The notes beneath the pieces were generated by a model, which was not told the DNA's origin, did no database searches, and saw only the letters and a program-made list of their open reading frames with translations. Source: Octopus sinensis (taxonomy: Eukaryota). From it: 64,000 bases of DNA. A program made the position numbers and the translations under genes. Each line of letters begins with the position of its first letter. The stretch's first letter is position 1. Positions 1-13,030 of the stretch are shown here, in pieces. Location: the NCBI RefSeq assembly GCF_006345805.1, contig NC_042998.1, positions 160,084,001 to 160,148,000 of the forward strand. The letters run 5' to 3'.

Positions 1-1422
1 TAATAGAAAACCTCATAGAGATATTTTCTTTACTGACTGTACCATAATATAAAACACCAGCAACATATTTTTTCGAGATTAAGCAAGTAAAAAAGTTCAT
101 CCATATTTTGTAAAGTTATTAATTTCTAAAACCAGATGTTTGCAATCTAAAAAGTACATCACCTTGCTGATAGACATAAGCGTAAAGTGGAAAACAGAGA
201 AATTTACTTTTAAGCTCCAAGCCAAATCCTGACCGAGCAGAGTATGGAGGTCCAACGTGTCCTTTTGTTATGCAAAACGATAGTATGTTACTGAGGGAAA
301 TCTGGTTGCTATTGTAAGCAGGCTGAGCAACTATATAGATAGAAGCTCCTTTTGGTTTTTTTGTTCCAGAAGTGTAGGGTTTTGTTTTTAAATAATTTCT
401 ACCCGAAACAAATCTATAAATTTCTTTGGGGGAGGGGTTTGTCCGTTAAATCGACATGTAACCTACAGAATGAATGGTAAAAATCGACCTCGGCAAAATA
501 TTGGTGGATGTCTGGAATAGGTCGCCCACCTAAGTTGAATCTTCTCAACAAAGGTGGTGCAAAATGATATCAGTGAATAGAGAATTTGCTTATTACAGAA
601 CTGAAAATAGCAGCAGATGGTAAGTAGTGTGAATAAAAAGAAAAATAGAATCCGAGAAAAAAAGTAAGAGTCTGCGTCGGATAAAAAAGGATAAACATTT
701 ATAATTTCGTATTATGTCGTGAGGCGAGTTTTGGTTTCTAACAGCTCTTTCTTCGAAGACACCGATAATACGTGTGTATGCGCTCAGAAATACGTGAACA
801 TTTCCAACGGTAAAATAATTTATCAGATAGCAAGAAGCATAACGGAATTGAGAATAAATTACCTAAGTTCCAGATTGAAAGAGAGGGAGAGGAGGTAGGT
901 TAGGGTATTCATGCTTTTGCTAATGCTATTGCCGATAATGATTTTATATCTTTATATATATATCAGACAGAACAATGATTCTTAATTTTATAACTAAAAT
1001 GCCAACCATACAATATGCAGACCTAGATGTACAAAAAGTAGGGATGATTATGGTTGGAACGCCTTCGTAATCAAGATTGATCTGAGCTCAACAACTACTA
1101 TTATTATAAAATATCACAAAATTAGAAAAAGAATTAGAGAAAACACTGCCTTTGCTAATAAAATATACATCGAAGTGAATGAATTAATGTAGCTCAATAT
1201 ACTTTATTTTTAATTTTCCTGTCACCACGATAGTTCAGTTTTTTTTTGTTTGTCATTTTGTACCGCGGTAATTTATATTAAAAAAATCTGGAATATGAAT
1301 TTATATTTAACAAACAAAATAAAATAATTAAAACATTGGCAGAAAGAGAAGGAAGAAAACATTTTTAGAACAGCAACAGGGAAAATACATTTTAAAAATA
1401 GAATTAAAACAAATTAAAGCAT

Positions 1423-1467
<45 letters not shown>

Positions 1468-1499
1468 TACACACACGTGTGTGTGTGTGTTTATGTAGA

Positions 1500-1850
1500 T
1501 GTGTATTTTGTACTCACGTTAACATATCCTAAGAGGTAAACAGGAAAGGAAGATACGAGCAACGAAGAAACTGGACAGTTTGTTTTATATGTATTTCAAA
1601 AGAGTTGAAGTTCTATATGATATGAATCAACTCCACCAACCCAACAATAATATTTATTATAGTAGTAGATATAATAATAATAATGAAATGGTCAACCTGG
1701 CAGTAAGATCAGCGTACTAACCATGTCGCTGATGAGCATTAATACAACTTCCGGTGACATAGATCGGTAATGTTCGGTAGTTTACGTCATTGTCCAACAA
1801 CCACGTTTTTGGAATGTGTTCAGTTCGTTATGTCTCGTTCGTTTCGTGTG
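1500..1850 (-). promoter_or_regulatory. Candidate promoter / first exon of a gene leaving the window to the left
   Basis: ETS-like ACTTCCGG (~1747) and TTACGTCA (~1782) in a CpG-richer patch; minus-strand donor AC|GTGAGT near 1517. Confidence 0.35.
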
Positions 1851-2029
1851 AGCTATTTTATTTTATCACCGCCTGGAAAGATAAAACGCAGGAACAAACT
1901 CGGTTGAAATGAAAAACCGTGTATTAAATCGATGCCACAAGATATTTAGTCCTTCTATTTGGTTTGACTTTGAAATAATATCCAAAGATGCACATTCCGG
2001 CATAAACACGTAATTGTAGACCCCCTGCT

Positions 2030-2812
2030 ACTTTGTTTCCTCATAACTTCCAGAAAAATGGATATTTTTCAAAGAAATTTTCCACTAATTCGTTTCAGAT
2101 GTTGTAGATTTCGCCTAAATCGGAATTCGTTGTGAAAAATTTCTTTGCGGGTTGCGGGGAGTGAGACAGGTTTCAGATACTTCACAGACGCTTGCTTTGT
2201 TTCCTGTTTGTAGATTACAATTATGTTTTAAAAAAAGAACTTTTTCCCTTGTGGAAATTGCTAAATGAATAATGAAATTTTCCGGCCAAATTCATATTTT
2301 ATATATATATATATAAACTTTATATATATATATATAACTTTATATATATATATATATATATATATGTAGATATAAACTTATGCCGTATCTCTGGAAAATT
2401 TCTGTTTATTAAAGGATATTCACTTAAATTCTAAAAAGGAAAGGGATGGAATAGTTCCCAGAGGTATTTTTTCGACATAACTAATCTACATACATCATCA
2501 AAATATATGAGGAAATAAAGTCGAGATGCGTAAAATATTTTCTTTTCCACATTAAATTCCGTTATAATCGTAATCTACGCCATCCGAAAAGTATCTGTAG
2601 AAAATTTCATTAAAAAAATACTGAACTTTCCGAAAATATGAGGAAATTATGTCGAAGCATGTGAATTATGTGAAACTCCTCTCACACCTACCTCTGAAAA
2701 AATTTCACAACAAATTCCGATGTAATCGAAATTTACCCCTGATGAAATGTATTTGTGGAAAATTTCATTTCAAAATATAATTTTTCAGAAAGTTATGAAG
2801 AAACAAAGCTGA
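2030..2812. mobile_element. MITE-like element with diverged ~110-bp inverted arms and internal repeats
   Basis: 2031-2145 is the approximate reverse complement of 2696-2810; related partial copies at ~2470-2530 and ~2555-2650; central TA microsatellite. Confidence 0.55.
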
Positions 2813-5104
2813 TGGGTGGTCACTTGTGTAGTTATGCCTATATTCCCACACGTCTTGAAGGTGGGCACAGGTGATTAGATTGTACCAATATCTGTATTTT
2901 ATTGATCCCTGGAATGATGGAAGATAAAATTGCTCTCAACAGGATCTAACTCGGAACATAAAGAAGCCTAACTACGTAACTATTAATTTGCCTGTTACAC
3001 AGATTTTGACAACCACTGACCTACCTTTTGTTTTGAAATAAAAAAAAAGTAAATTAGAGATCATCACAAACAAAGCTACGTATCTTCAAGAGGGTAGTCT
3101 TGTTTGCACCGTTTGGCATTTCTTGTAACTTTTCACAAGTTATCATAATAGAATGAAAACTCAGTTGTGCACTTGTTCATTTTGTTACAAAAATAATTAA
3201 AAGTACTTAATTTACTTTCTCTTAAACAATTTTTTCTAGTTTCAACAGATAATCATTATCACCAATAATTCAGTGAAAAGAATATGGTTTACAAAAGTAA
3301 ACTAAGAAAATGGAGAAAAAAGAAATCAGTAAATAAACTATCAAAATGGAGGCATGCACATACTCATTCAATCATACATTGTTTCAGGAAAAAAAACTTG
3401 TGTTTTTCAGTTTTACAGCAGGCATGCCGAAGTGCTGTAACTGTATCCAGGCACACTCAGGCATTATCTGATATTTCAATGAGGCAGGTCACTTACAAAG
3501 TCAAACATTTCTATATCAACCTCCAGCATCTAGCAATGTCTCAAAAGCCACTTATTGAAATATTTCAGTGACTTATCTTATTCAGCCATGGATGCAGTAA
3601 CCCCTTCCTCTACTGCAGTATTAAGGATGTATGATGGAGCAAACGAGTTGCTAACTGGATGTCCCACACAAGACATCTGCTTAAAATGGTGGTAGTGATG
3701 AAAGCAAGGATGTATGATATATTTATATTTGGGGCCCTCACCCATTATATTTTATTAAGTGTCCATCCACTGATCCCTGCATCTTTGATGCTTCTCATCT
3801 GTTTATCACTCAACTCCTCTTCACCTTTCTTCTTGTTCATTGTAAAATGCTGCCTATCTAATGCAGGATGTCTTTGGATCTATCCATATTCAATTCCACT
3901 ATTACCATCCTTATCACTCCAACTCTCACTCCTGTCAGGAATGCTTGCATAATGAGGGATCTATTTATAGCCTATACATCCTAACATTACCATCAACTGT
4001 CTCTATTCTTATCTTTTGCTCTCGTTTTTTTTTTTCAAGCAAACGTGTCTGTTATCACTCTCTATCTCTCTTCCATTATTACCTTTCTTCCATTACTCTC
4101 TCCTCTCCCATCTTCTCATCCCAACTACTCTTCTTTCTTCCGTTGTACTCACCCTGGTCCATTGCCTTCTCTTCTAGTCACTATTTCAGGCATTGTTGTC
4201 TTGAACTATCATAAATAATGAAGAGAACTTCTTAGTCTTGTAATATACAAAGCAGCCTCATTAGGATTGGTGCCACAATAAAATGCACCCAGTACACTTT
4301 TTAATGTGATTGGCAAATGAGCGGATCTGGTCCAAAAGATATTTTAGTCTTGTCAAGGACATGATAACCTATCAAACAAATATTGATATGATAAAATATA
4401 CCCAATATGCTCTGTAAAGTGGCTGGTGTTAGAAAGAACATTCAACTACAGTAACTATGCCAGAAATGAAATTATGAACGAGACATGGTCTTATGAACTA
4501 TCTAGGAGTACAACAACTCCAAATAGTTCTTATTTGGTGTCAGATTGTGACAGTCCATTCAACCAATTCCAGCATGGAAAGTGGATGTAAATGTAAAATG
4601 ATGATATGTATGTGTGTGTAATAATAGCTGATTAATTTATTTCTTCAGTTGTACTTTACATCATATAGAAAGAGTAAGAGAGCAACAGGGAGAGTTAAGT
4701 TAAAATTGATAGAGGAACATTGAAATTGATAAACGATGGTAGGAAGATGGTAAAGATGATAAAAATTATGTGGTCAATGGATGCCTATTACATGATGCAC
4801 ACTTACACTCATTCCTGCACAGAGGTGATTTTCTGTCCATGTCACATATACAGACATAACTACAGTTTAAATGGAAGAATAAACTTGACAAGCTATAACC
4901 TGGATATGACTTTAAACTACATCCAGTATTGGTGTTCTGGGATTTTAAGGAGTATGGAACCACCTTTTAGCCACTGTTATTCCTAAGTCTACTCTGACGT
5001 GGAGTAATAGCACCTGTTAAGGTCCCTGCGATAGGTTAATTACCATGTGGATTACTGGGAGTAAAGGACCCCTAGTTTTCATTAGAACTTCCTTCTGGAA
5101 GAAG

Positions 5105-5440
5105 GTAAAGGGTAAAGACCCCCTTCAGTATTGACTGATCATGGGATTGCACCAAGAAAGTTACCCTCTGAGGCACAAGTCTGGGCAAGGACCAGCAGTC
5201 GCCCATGCATACCAGCTTCCTCTTTCCACATCACTGGTATTATCCAAAGGAAAAGCAAAGGCCAATACAGCTTGGCACCAGTGACATCACAAACTCATTT
5301 CTACAGCTGAGTGAACTGGAGAATGTGAAATAAAGTGTCTTGCTCAAGAACACAATGGACAGCCCTGTCCAGGAATCAAACTCACTACCTCATGATTGTG
5401 AGCCTGATTTCTAACCACTGAACTATGTGCCTTCACAGGG
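5105..5440 (-). mobile_element. tRNA-derived SINE
   Basis: A/B-box-like head on the minus strand (gtggttagaa...gtttgattcc) followed by gagcaagacactttatttcac; same family as 47144-47480. Confidence 0.75.
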
Positions 5441-5659
5441 GAGAAAGTAAGCTGGTATAAAAAAACCCTGGTTATAGTTGGTTTATTGTGCTACTGGCCT
5501 TTTAGCTGACTGCACTGAAAAGTGTGTTCAATGCCATGCAACACTTTATCCACTCAAAACAAATGCATGGATGGAAACTTGTTAGACTCTCAGAATGTTT
5601 GTATTGACTCACTGAGTTGAAGAAGTTGTCTTACTCAGTCACCAGTTGACTTCCACCTT

Positions 5660-6010
5660 ATATCTTTTATCTTTTACTTTGTTTCAGTCATTACACTGCA
5701 ACCATTTTAGCTGAATGAATTAACCCCAGTGCTTTTTTTTAAAGCCTGGTGCTTATTTTCTCGGTCTCTTTCGCCATATCACTAAGTGACGGGGATGTAA
5801 ACAGTCCAACAATGGTTGTCAAGCAATGGTGGGTGATAAACATACACATATACAATGGGCTTCTTTCAGTTTCTGTATACCAAATCTACTCACAAGGCTT
5901 TGGTCGGCCCAAGGCTATAGTAGATGATACTTGCCCAAGGTCCACACAGCAGGACTGAACTCAGAACTATGTGGTTAGGAAGCAAGCTTTTCATACAGCC
6001 ACACCCACAC
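5660..6010 (-). mobile_element. tRNA-derived SINE (second family)
   Basis: Core ccttgggcaagt...ctactatagcc...ccaaagccttgtgagt...gaaactgaaagaagccc, also seen at ~39360-39500, 53330-53470 and 63365-63785. Confidence 0.7.
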
Positions 6011-6205
6011 CTATATATGCAATGTTTAAATATCACTATTTGATAATACCTGATATTATAAGTGTTGGTAGATTTGTTATTTGAGTTCTCCTGGAAATAC
6101 CAGAAAGGTCATCATGTGGTTTAAAACCAATACTAGCAGATATAGAACAAGGTTTATCCAATTCGCTGTAGTGGACTTTTACCTGTCTATATTGAAGGAT
6201 TTATT

Positions 6206-7501
6206 ATACAAGGTGCTGGATTTCCCCAGGGCCTAGGATGAGAACTTGAGCATTATCATGCATACCAAATATTCCTGCTCTTCAACAAGGGATTTTTCTA
6301 GGTTAATCAAACCTACCCCAAAGGCTCGTCTGTGAGAAAACCAACACTATGACGCAATTCACTCAGCCACAAATTTGGAAACGACATGCTGTACCGTTTG
6401 GCATTCGCGCTGGAAGCTCTAGTACGAACATTTCATATTGCTTGGGTGTCAATCTGAGGACAGTGCAGGGGATTTGGAAAGAGCTGGATGAGTCTAATGG
6501 CGATTACGAAAGTGGGGCAGCTCAGAAAACTCAATCTGATCGTTCTCATAAGAAAAGAACACCTGAATTTGTTGGTGAGATCCAGACCATGATTGACAAC
6601 GATTCCTCCAAGTCAATCAGGTCCAACGCCATGGACATGGGAGTGTCTGAGTCTCTTATCAGGTAGGTAGTGCATGAAGACATTCAATATTCCTCATACA
6701 AGATGAGAAAGGGCTAATTTTTATCCATAGCCATCAAGAGTAAAGTCTGCGCTACGAAACTTTTGAACAAACTCAAGCATCCCCTCCAACCGTTTTTTTT
6801 TTTTGTTTTGTTTTTTCAGACGAGTAAAATTTCTGCCAGGATCAGATGGTGAATACGCAGCACAACCATTGGCTTGCAGTGTCCCCAAAACATGTACTGA
6901 GAGTGATAAAAATCAAACATCTATTCGACATTATGGTGTTCAGAGTGATCACTAGTGATGGCGACGTTATACCTCCATTCATCCTCCCACACGGCCTGAG
7001 ACACGGTGGCCTACATCAAGTGCCTGGAGGAGGTAGTGCTGCTCTGGATCAAGAGTGTGACTGTTGGAAGATCCTATGTCTGCTCTATGCCACACAAGTA
7101 AGAGAACCCAGTCATGGCTGTCAGACAATTTCTGCGACCACATCACCCATAACATTCGGCCATCTAATTCTCCAGACTGCAAACCCCTTGATTATTATGT
7201 GTGGGGCACAGTTGAGCGAGAAACCATCAAAACTCCTTGTAACACTACCGATGAACTGAAGGCAAGGATTATGTCAGCATTCACGAACTTAAACAAGGAG
7301 ACCGTCCAGATGATTTGCAGGAGATTCCGAAGTCGTCTGGAGGCTGTGGTTGAAGCCAGTGCCGATTTTATTGAATAAATTTACCCTTTAGTATTTCAAG
7401 ATATTTTTATGTAATTTTGGTAAATATATCTGTTAAAACGAGATGTCAGTGTTATTTTCATTTTCGCGTAATTTCGACAACAATTTATTTACCGCACCCT
7501 A
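6206..7501 (+). mobile_element. Decayed Tc1/mariner transposon (maT/DD37D-like)
   Basis: ORF fragments 6349-6666, 6846-7259 and 7064-7378 with FSDE-like, MVFRVITSDG and PSNSPDCKPLDYYVWG motifs; right end accgcaccc-TA; left end approximate. Confidence 0.8.
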
Positions 7502-7564
7502 TATATTCATACATGATGGCTGCCCCCTCGTTATCGAGTATGGCCATTGCACGAGGCTTAACCG

Positions 7565-9499
7565 TTAACGGTGCTGTGATTGAATGTGACTTTTTAGCCT
7601 AGCTAAAGATCTACAATGTTTTGTACAGAATTGGAAGCTAAAACCTTTACTGGCAATAGCCGGCTGTAATGGTAATTGGGCTTTATATACCTTCGCATGT
7701 CGTTTAAGTCCTTCCACTGAATCACACACCTTTCCAAATGCCCGACAGATATGATTAGTATGGTGTGTAGCAACACCACCAGCGGCCTGGTAGTCAATCA
7801 TCGGTCTCACTTTATGACTACGAAGATGATTCATGAGCCCAGCTTTACTGAAGCAGGGTCTTGCACAGACACTGCATGTCAGCGTCATAGGAAGACTCTT
7901 ATCGTCTGGAAGTTCAACAGCGATGCTCTTCCTGACATCCCTCTTTACTTTCTCATGCGCAACTTGAGATTTCTCAAAAGTAGCTGTCCCCTCAAGCACA
8001 ATCCTTCTCCACATGCTACGGTCAATAGCTGTGCCCTCCCATGTGTCAGGAGAGATGCTAGTATCTTTCAAGGAAGCCTTCAGCAAGTCTTTATACCTCT
8101 TTTTTGGTTTATGTGGCGGTTGTTCTCCTTTAGCTAACTCTCCATAAAAGAGTTGTTTTGGCATCCTTGAATCTTTCATCGTGACCGGATGACCATTCCA
8201 TCTGATCTTTTGCTTCAACACAAGAGCTTCTATACTTTTACACCGAGAGCCTTCTAATATCTGAAGATCACTGATGCGGTCCTCCCAATTAATACCATGG
8301 ATCCGTCTGAAACACATCTGATGGAAACGTTCCAGCTTTTTAAGGTGGTATCGATATGTGACCCAGGTCTCGCAGGCATAAAGACGAGAAGAGAGCACAC
8401 ACGCCTTGTACACCATTATCTTTGTCTTCCTGCATATGTCTCGCCGACTCCAGAGGCGCCTTTTTAGCCTTCCGAAAGCATCACTTGCTTTCCTAATTCT
8501 GTATGGAATTTCACTATCCAAATTACTATATCTATTAACAGTGCTTCCCAGGTAGACAAACTCATCAACTACACCAAGTCGTTTACCATATACATAGATA
8601 TTTGATTCACTATACTGTTTACCAGGGGCAGATTGGTACATGACAACAGTTTTCTTGAGACTGACCGTCAATCCTAAGGCAGTACAAGCATCGGAGAATG
8701 CATTCAAAATGTGTTGAATATCAGTCTGTGTGTGTGCTACTAGATCACAGTCATCTGCATACAAAAAGTCTCTTATGATAGAGGTAAGTACTTTTGTTTT
8801 TGTAGCAAAGCGCCTGATATTAAATATGCTGCCAGAAGTTCGATAATAGATGTAAACACCATATCTGCAATTTCTGAACGCAATACAGAAAACCATCGCG
8901 AAATATATGGCAAATAGGGTCGGTGCCAGAATATCCCCCTGTTTCACTCTATTTTTTATTGAGATGGGCTCTGACATTTTACCTCTGACATTAGCCCTAC
9001 CCTTCACGCCTTCATGAAAAGATCTAACCAAAGCTAGGAAATTTTCAGGACAACCAAGTTTCTGGAGGACTTTCCACATTGCATTTCTATTAACAGTATC
9101 GAAGGCTTTTGTCAGATCGACAAAAATCTGATATAAATCCAGACCCTGTTCCATACACTTCTCCTGAAGCTGTGTAGCTGAGAAGATCACATCAGCAGTG
9201 TCGGGTCCCACACGAAAGCCAGATTGACTTTCTGGAAGAACACAATCTGCAACGTGTTTCAGTAGACGATCCAGAAGTACCCTGCATAAAATCTTTCCTA
9301 CGACAGAAAGCAATGATATCCCCCTATAGTTACTGCAATCATTCCTGTTGCCCTTTGCTTTATATAAGACCACGATTACTGTACCTCTCCAGTCCTCAGG
9401 TACAGATTCACTTGCCCATATTTTGCCAAACAAGGAGTGAAGTTGCTGCAGAAGTTTCTCACCGCCATGCTGTAACAACTCTGCCTGTATGCCATCCAT
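7565..9499 (-). pseudogene. RTE LINE reverse transcriptase with three C-terminal C2H2-type fingers
   Basis: NYRGISLLS, FVDLTKAFD, KQGDILAP, YADD; CSVC..H..H and two degenerate fingers; separated from the APE by frameshifts/stops at 9500-9993. Confidence 0.92.
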
Positions 9500-9993
9500 A
9501 CCCAGAGAGACCTCCCATTATCCATCCCTGATACAGCCACCGCAACTTCTTCCAACATTGGTGGTTCCGCAAGAGCCGCCTTCACAAGTAATTCAGGGAT
9601 GAGATTGAGAATATCCTCAATAACTACAGACTGCTGATTCAAAAGTTCATCAAAGTGTTCTGGCCACCTTCGTAGAATTCCTTATGAATCACGAAATTCT
9701 TTACCATCCCTGCTTCGAAGTGGTGTCATCAGAGAAGTCGGTCCATAAACTTCTCGCAAGAGACCATACAGCAGCTTTATGTTATTGGAATCCGACGCTA
9801 CCTATATCCCATCAGCCTTCTTACTCCACCACATATCTCTCATCTGAGAGAGCTTCCGCCTCACACATGATTTCACATCCTTGAGATCCCTATGCAACAC
9901 ATCTCTCTCCTATGGCTTTGCTGACAAATAGCGTGACAAAGTATGTCTTTTATCAGCCAATAAATCATCTACATGTTCATAATTTTCTTTAAA

Positions 9994-10992
9994 CTAATCT
10001 TGATGCTTTCTTTGCATCAATCCCAGAATTTTCCTGCCTATATCATAAACTGGCTTTTTAAGGATCGGCCAATTCTCGCCAATATCTGCAACAGTCATTT
10101 CCTCTCGTAAAGTTCCCTTCACACTATTACACCTAAAATTAGCAACATTCAGTCTTTTAAGCAGGGTAATACCTGCAGCCCGGATTTTACATTTTGTGAT
10201 TAATTTCACTTTTGCACGTACCAGGCGGTGGTCAGTCCAACACTCAACCCCACGAAGAACACGAACACTGCACATCTCGTCTATCACGCACCCAAACAAG
10301 GATGTAATCCAGAATATGCCATTCTTTAGATGCAGGGTGCATCCATGTGTCTTAAACTTATTCTTTTGTTGAAACATGGTATTGGTAACACACAGACGCA
10401 GCACCTCGCATATCTGCAGCAGAAGTATACCATTACTATTACACTTTCCCACCCCATGCTTTCCAGTTATAGTCCACGTGTTAAAATCCCTACCCACTCT
10501 AGCATTAAAGTCACCCAGTACGATGACTTTGTCTGTCCGAGGGATGTTTCTTATAATGCCCTTCAAAGCATGGTAGAAAGAAACTTTTCCGTCATCAGTA
10601 GAGCACATAGTTGGAGCATACACACTCACCAAGGTCACATAATTTCCTTTAACCAAAGGAATTCTCATGGACATAAGACGCTCGTTAATCCCGACTGAGA
10701 ATTCTTCCAACTTGTCCACAAGAGTAGTCTTAACAGCAACTGCCACTCCAGCCTCTCCTCTAAACTCTTCATCTCTTCCTTTCCATAAGAATGCATATTT
10801 TCCACAAGATTCTGTAAGATGACCATCTCCAGCTAATCTCGTTTCAGATAAAGCAACGATATCAAGATCATAGCGTCGAAGCTCCTTCGCAACAAGAGCA
10901 GTCCTTCGTTCAGGACATTCTGAAGACTCGCGGTCAAGCAGTGTCCATACATTCCAACAGCCAATATTCAATATTTTGTTTGGTTCTATCAC
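9994..10992 (-). pseudogene. RTE LINE apurinic-like endonuclease domain (frameshifted)
   Basis: IGCWNV, LDIVALSETR, VSVYAPT, LGDFNARVG, TDHRLV motifs. Confidence 0.92.
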
Positions 10993-11608
10993 AGTAGCAT
11001 AATGACAGCCGGGTTCAGGCTATGAAGCTCTGGAGCCCCTGCCGGGCTGATGTCGTTCCAGAGTCCTTACAGTCATTTATTTTTATACTGTTTTTGGTAC
11101 ATCTTTGATTGTTTGCGTTTTAAGGCTACAACCAACCATTCAGTTGAGACTCATAGCACTATCAACAATCATCAATTAGCTAATTAATTAATCAATCAAT
11201 GTTGTTATCGTGCAATGCTTGTGCAAGAAGAGGAAAGGCTGTGCATCGAGTCAATCCCACTCACTAAGCAACAGCGGCTATAACTCGAAAAGAAGAACAA
11301 GTCAATCATCGGTAACCACTGAACCGCATGTTTAATGTCGGAGTTATCCCAGTTACCTGAGTTGCCTTCGCCTAGAAGGATGCCCTAACAAAGGCTAGGG
11401 GTTCTTCACCCCCAATGGTTTAACCGCGCGATCGGGTAATCAGTCCGATTGTTTCTATGTCCCGCGCAAGACACAGCCATAGGCTGGATAAAATAGATAT
11501 ATAAAATAAATAAAACAATTTTAAATAGATAAAAAAATGTACAATATATAAAAATATTGATACACAATATATACATAAAATATACGGTATGGAATACATA
11601 AGATTGAC

Positions 11609-11658
11609 TGTTACACATTCATATCTATGCGTTTACGTATGCCAAACTACACATAACA
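11609..11658 (+). repeat. 5' LTR (internally deleted, 50 bp)
   Basis: Equals the first ~43 bp plus the last 7 bp of the 3' LTR, joined at the direct repeat CCAAACTACA. Confidence 0.9.
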
Positions 11659-11781
11659 TGGTGGCAGCGGTAAATAATTAATCGGGAACTGTGCCTTTAC
11701 AACGAAACAGAAACACAACGAACGAGGAATTAACAAACAAAACATCGCTTCGTCTTAGGACAATAAACACGACGATCCAAG

Positions 11782-13015
11782 ATGGCGACCCCCGTCGCCG
11801 TACAGATGAATCTACATCCTATTATGAACTGGGATTCTAGTGATGTCGTAGAAGAATTTAAAAAATTCAAACAAAAAGCTCAACTAGGTTTCAAAAGTTT
11901 CCTGAAAGGCACAACTGACGATGAAAAGGTAAGCTATATCCTTTTATGGTCAGGTAATAAAGGAATAGACCTATACAATAGCTGGGATATGTCAGAGTCC
12001 GACTGCAATAACCCAGACACACTTCTTGAGAAATTTGAAAGGCACCTAGAGCCCAGGTCGAACCATAGAATTCACAGATACGAATTCCAGGGCCTGAAAC
12101 AAGACCCACAAGAAACAATTGACAATTTCCTGTCAAGATTGAAAAATGTTGCAGAGAAATGCAAATTCAAAGACAGGGAGGAGAGAATTGTAGACCAATT
12201 AATATGGGGGGGGGGGGGTGCCCACAAAGAAGTACAAAAATCACTAATAGGTAAGGATGCTCTCCAGTTGGTAGAAGCAGTAGACACTGCAAGAGCATTC
12301 GAAGCCACTACCAAACAGATAGCCTCACTTAGCTTACAAACAAGCTCACTTGGTAGCAGTGTAGATACTGTATCTAGGCACAGGACACATACCCACAAAC
12401 AAAGAACATGCCAGTACTGTGGTACAGAGCATGAATTTAATAACCGAAAAAAATGTCCTGCATTCGGTACACACTGCAAAGGATGTGGAAAACTTAACCA
12501 CTGGAAAAAAAATGTGTAGGGTAACAAAATCCCAGAGATACAAGCCCCAATTTTCAAAGAGGAGCAGAAATAGAAGGGATATACATGCACAACAACAGGG
12601 ACAAAACACCTCAGAGGAGGAATTCTTGGCAATCGGCATAATAAATGTGCATGAGATGGGAAAGGACGACCGGAAGAAAGAAGATGAGGCATACACGACA
12701 ATAAGAATTGAAAAGAAGGCCGGAAGGAAAAGAACAAACATAGACTTAAGGCTGAAGATAGACACTGGGGCCCAGAGTGATATCTTGCCTGTCAGCTTAT
12801 ACTAAAAGATGTTCCCAGAACACATAACAAAAGAGGATAAAGTCAAACAAGGAATCCTCACATCAAGTGATGTAATCCTCACTGCGTATGGAGGAACCAG
12901 GATTCCACAACTGGGTAAAACAACTATCGCAGGGACACACAAAGGAAAAATAATTAAGTGTTCTTTTTATGTCACAAGAACAGAAGGCCCAGCAATTCTT
13001 GGACTTGATACCTGA
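11782..13015 (+). pseudogene. Gypsy gag with double Cys/His knuckle and aspartic protease (frameshift and stops)
   Basis: CQYCGTEH...CPAFGTHCKGCGKLNH; KIDTGAQSDIL; PAILGLDT. Confidence 0.9.
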
Positions 13016-13030
13016 AGGAGGTTAAATATT

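Noticed and set aside
12072-12765. Minus-strand ORFs of 221 and 139 aa
   Set aside because: Antisense shadows of Gypsy gag/protease.
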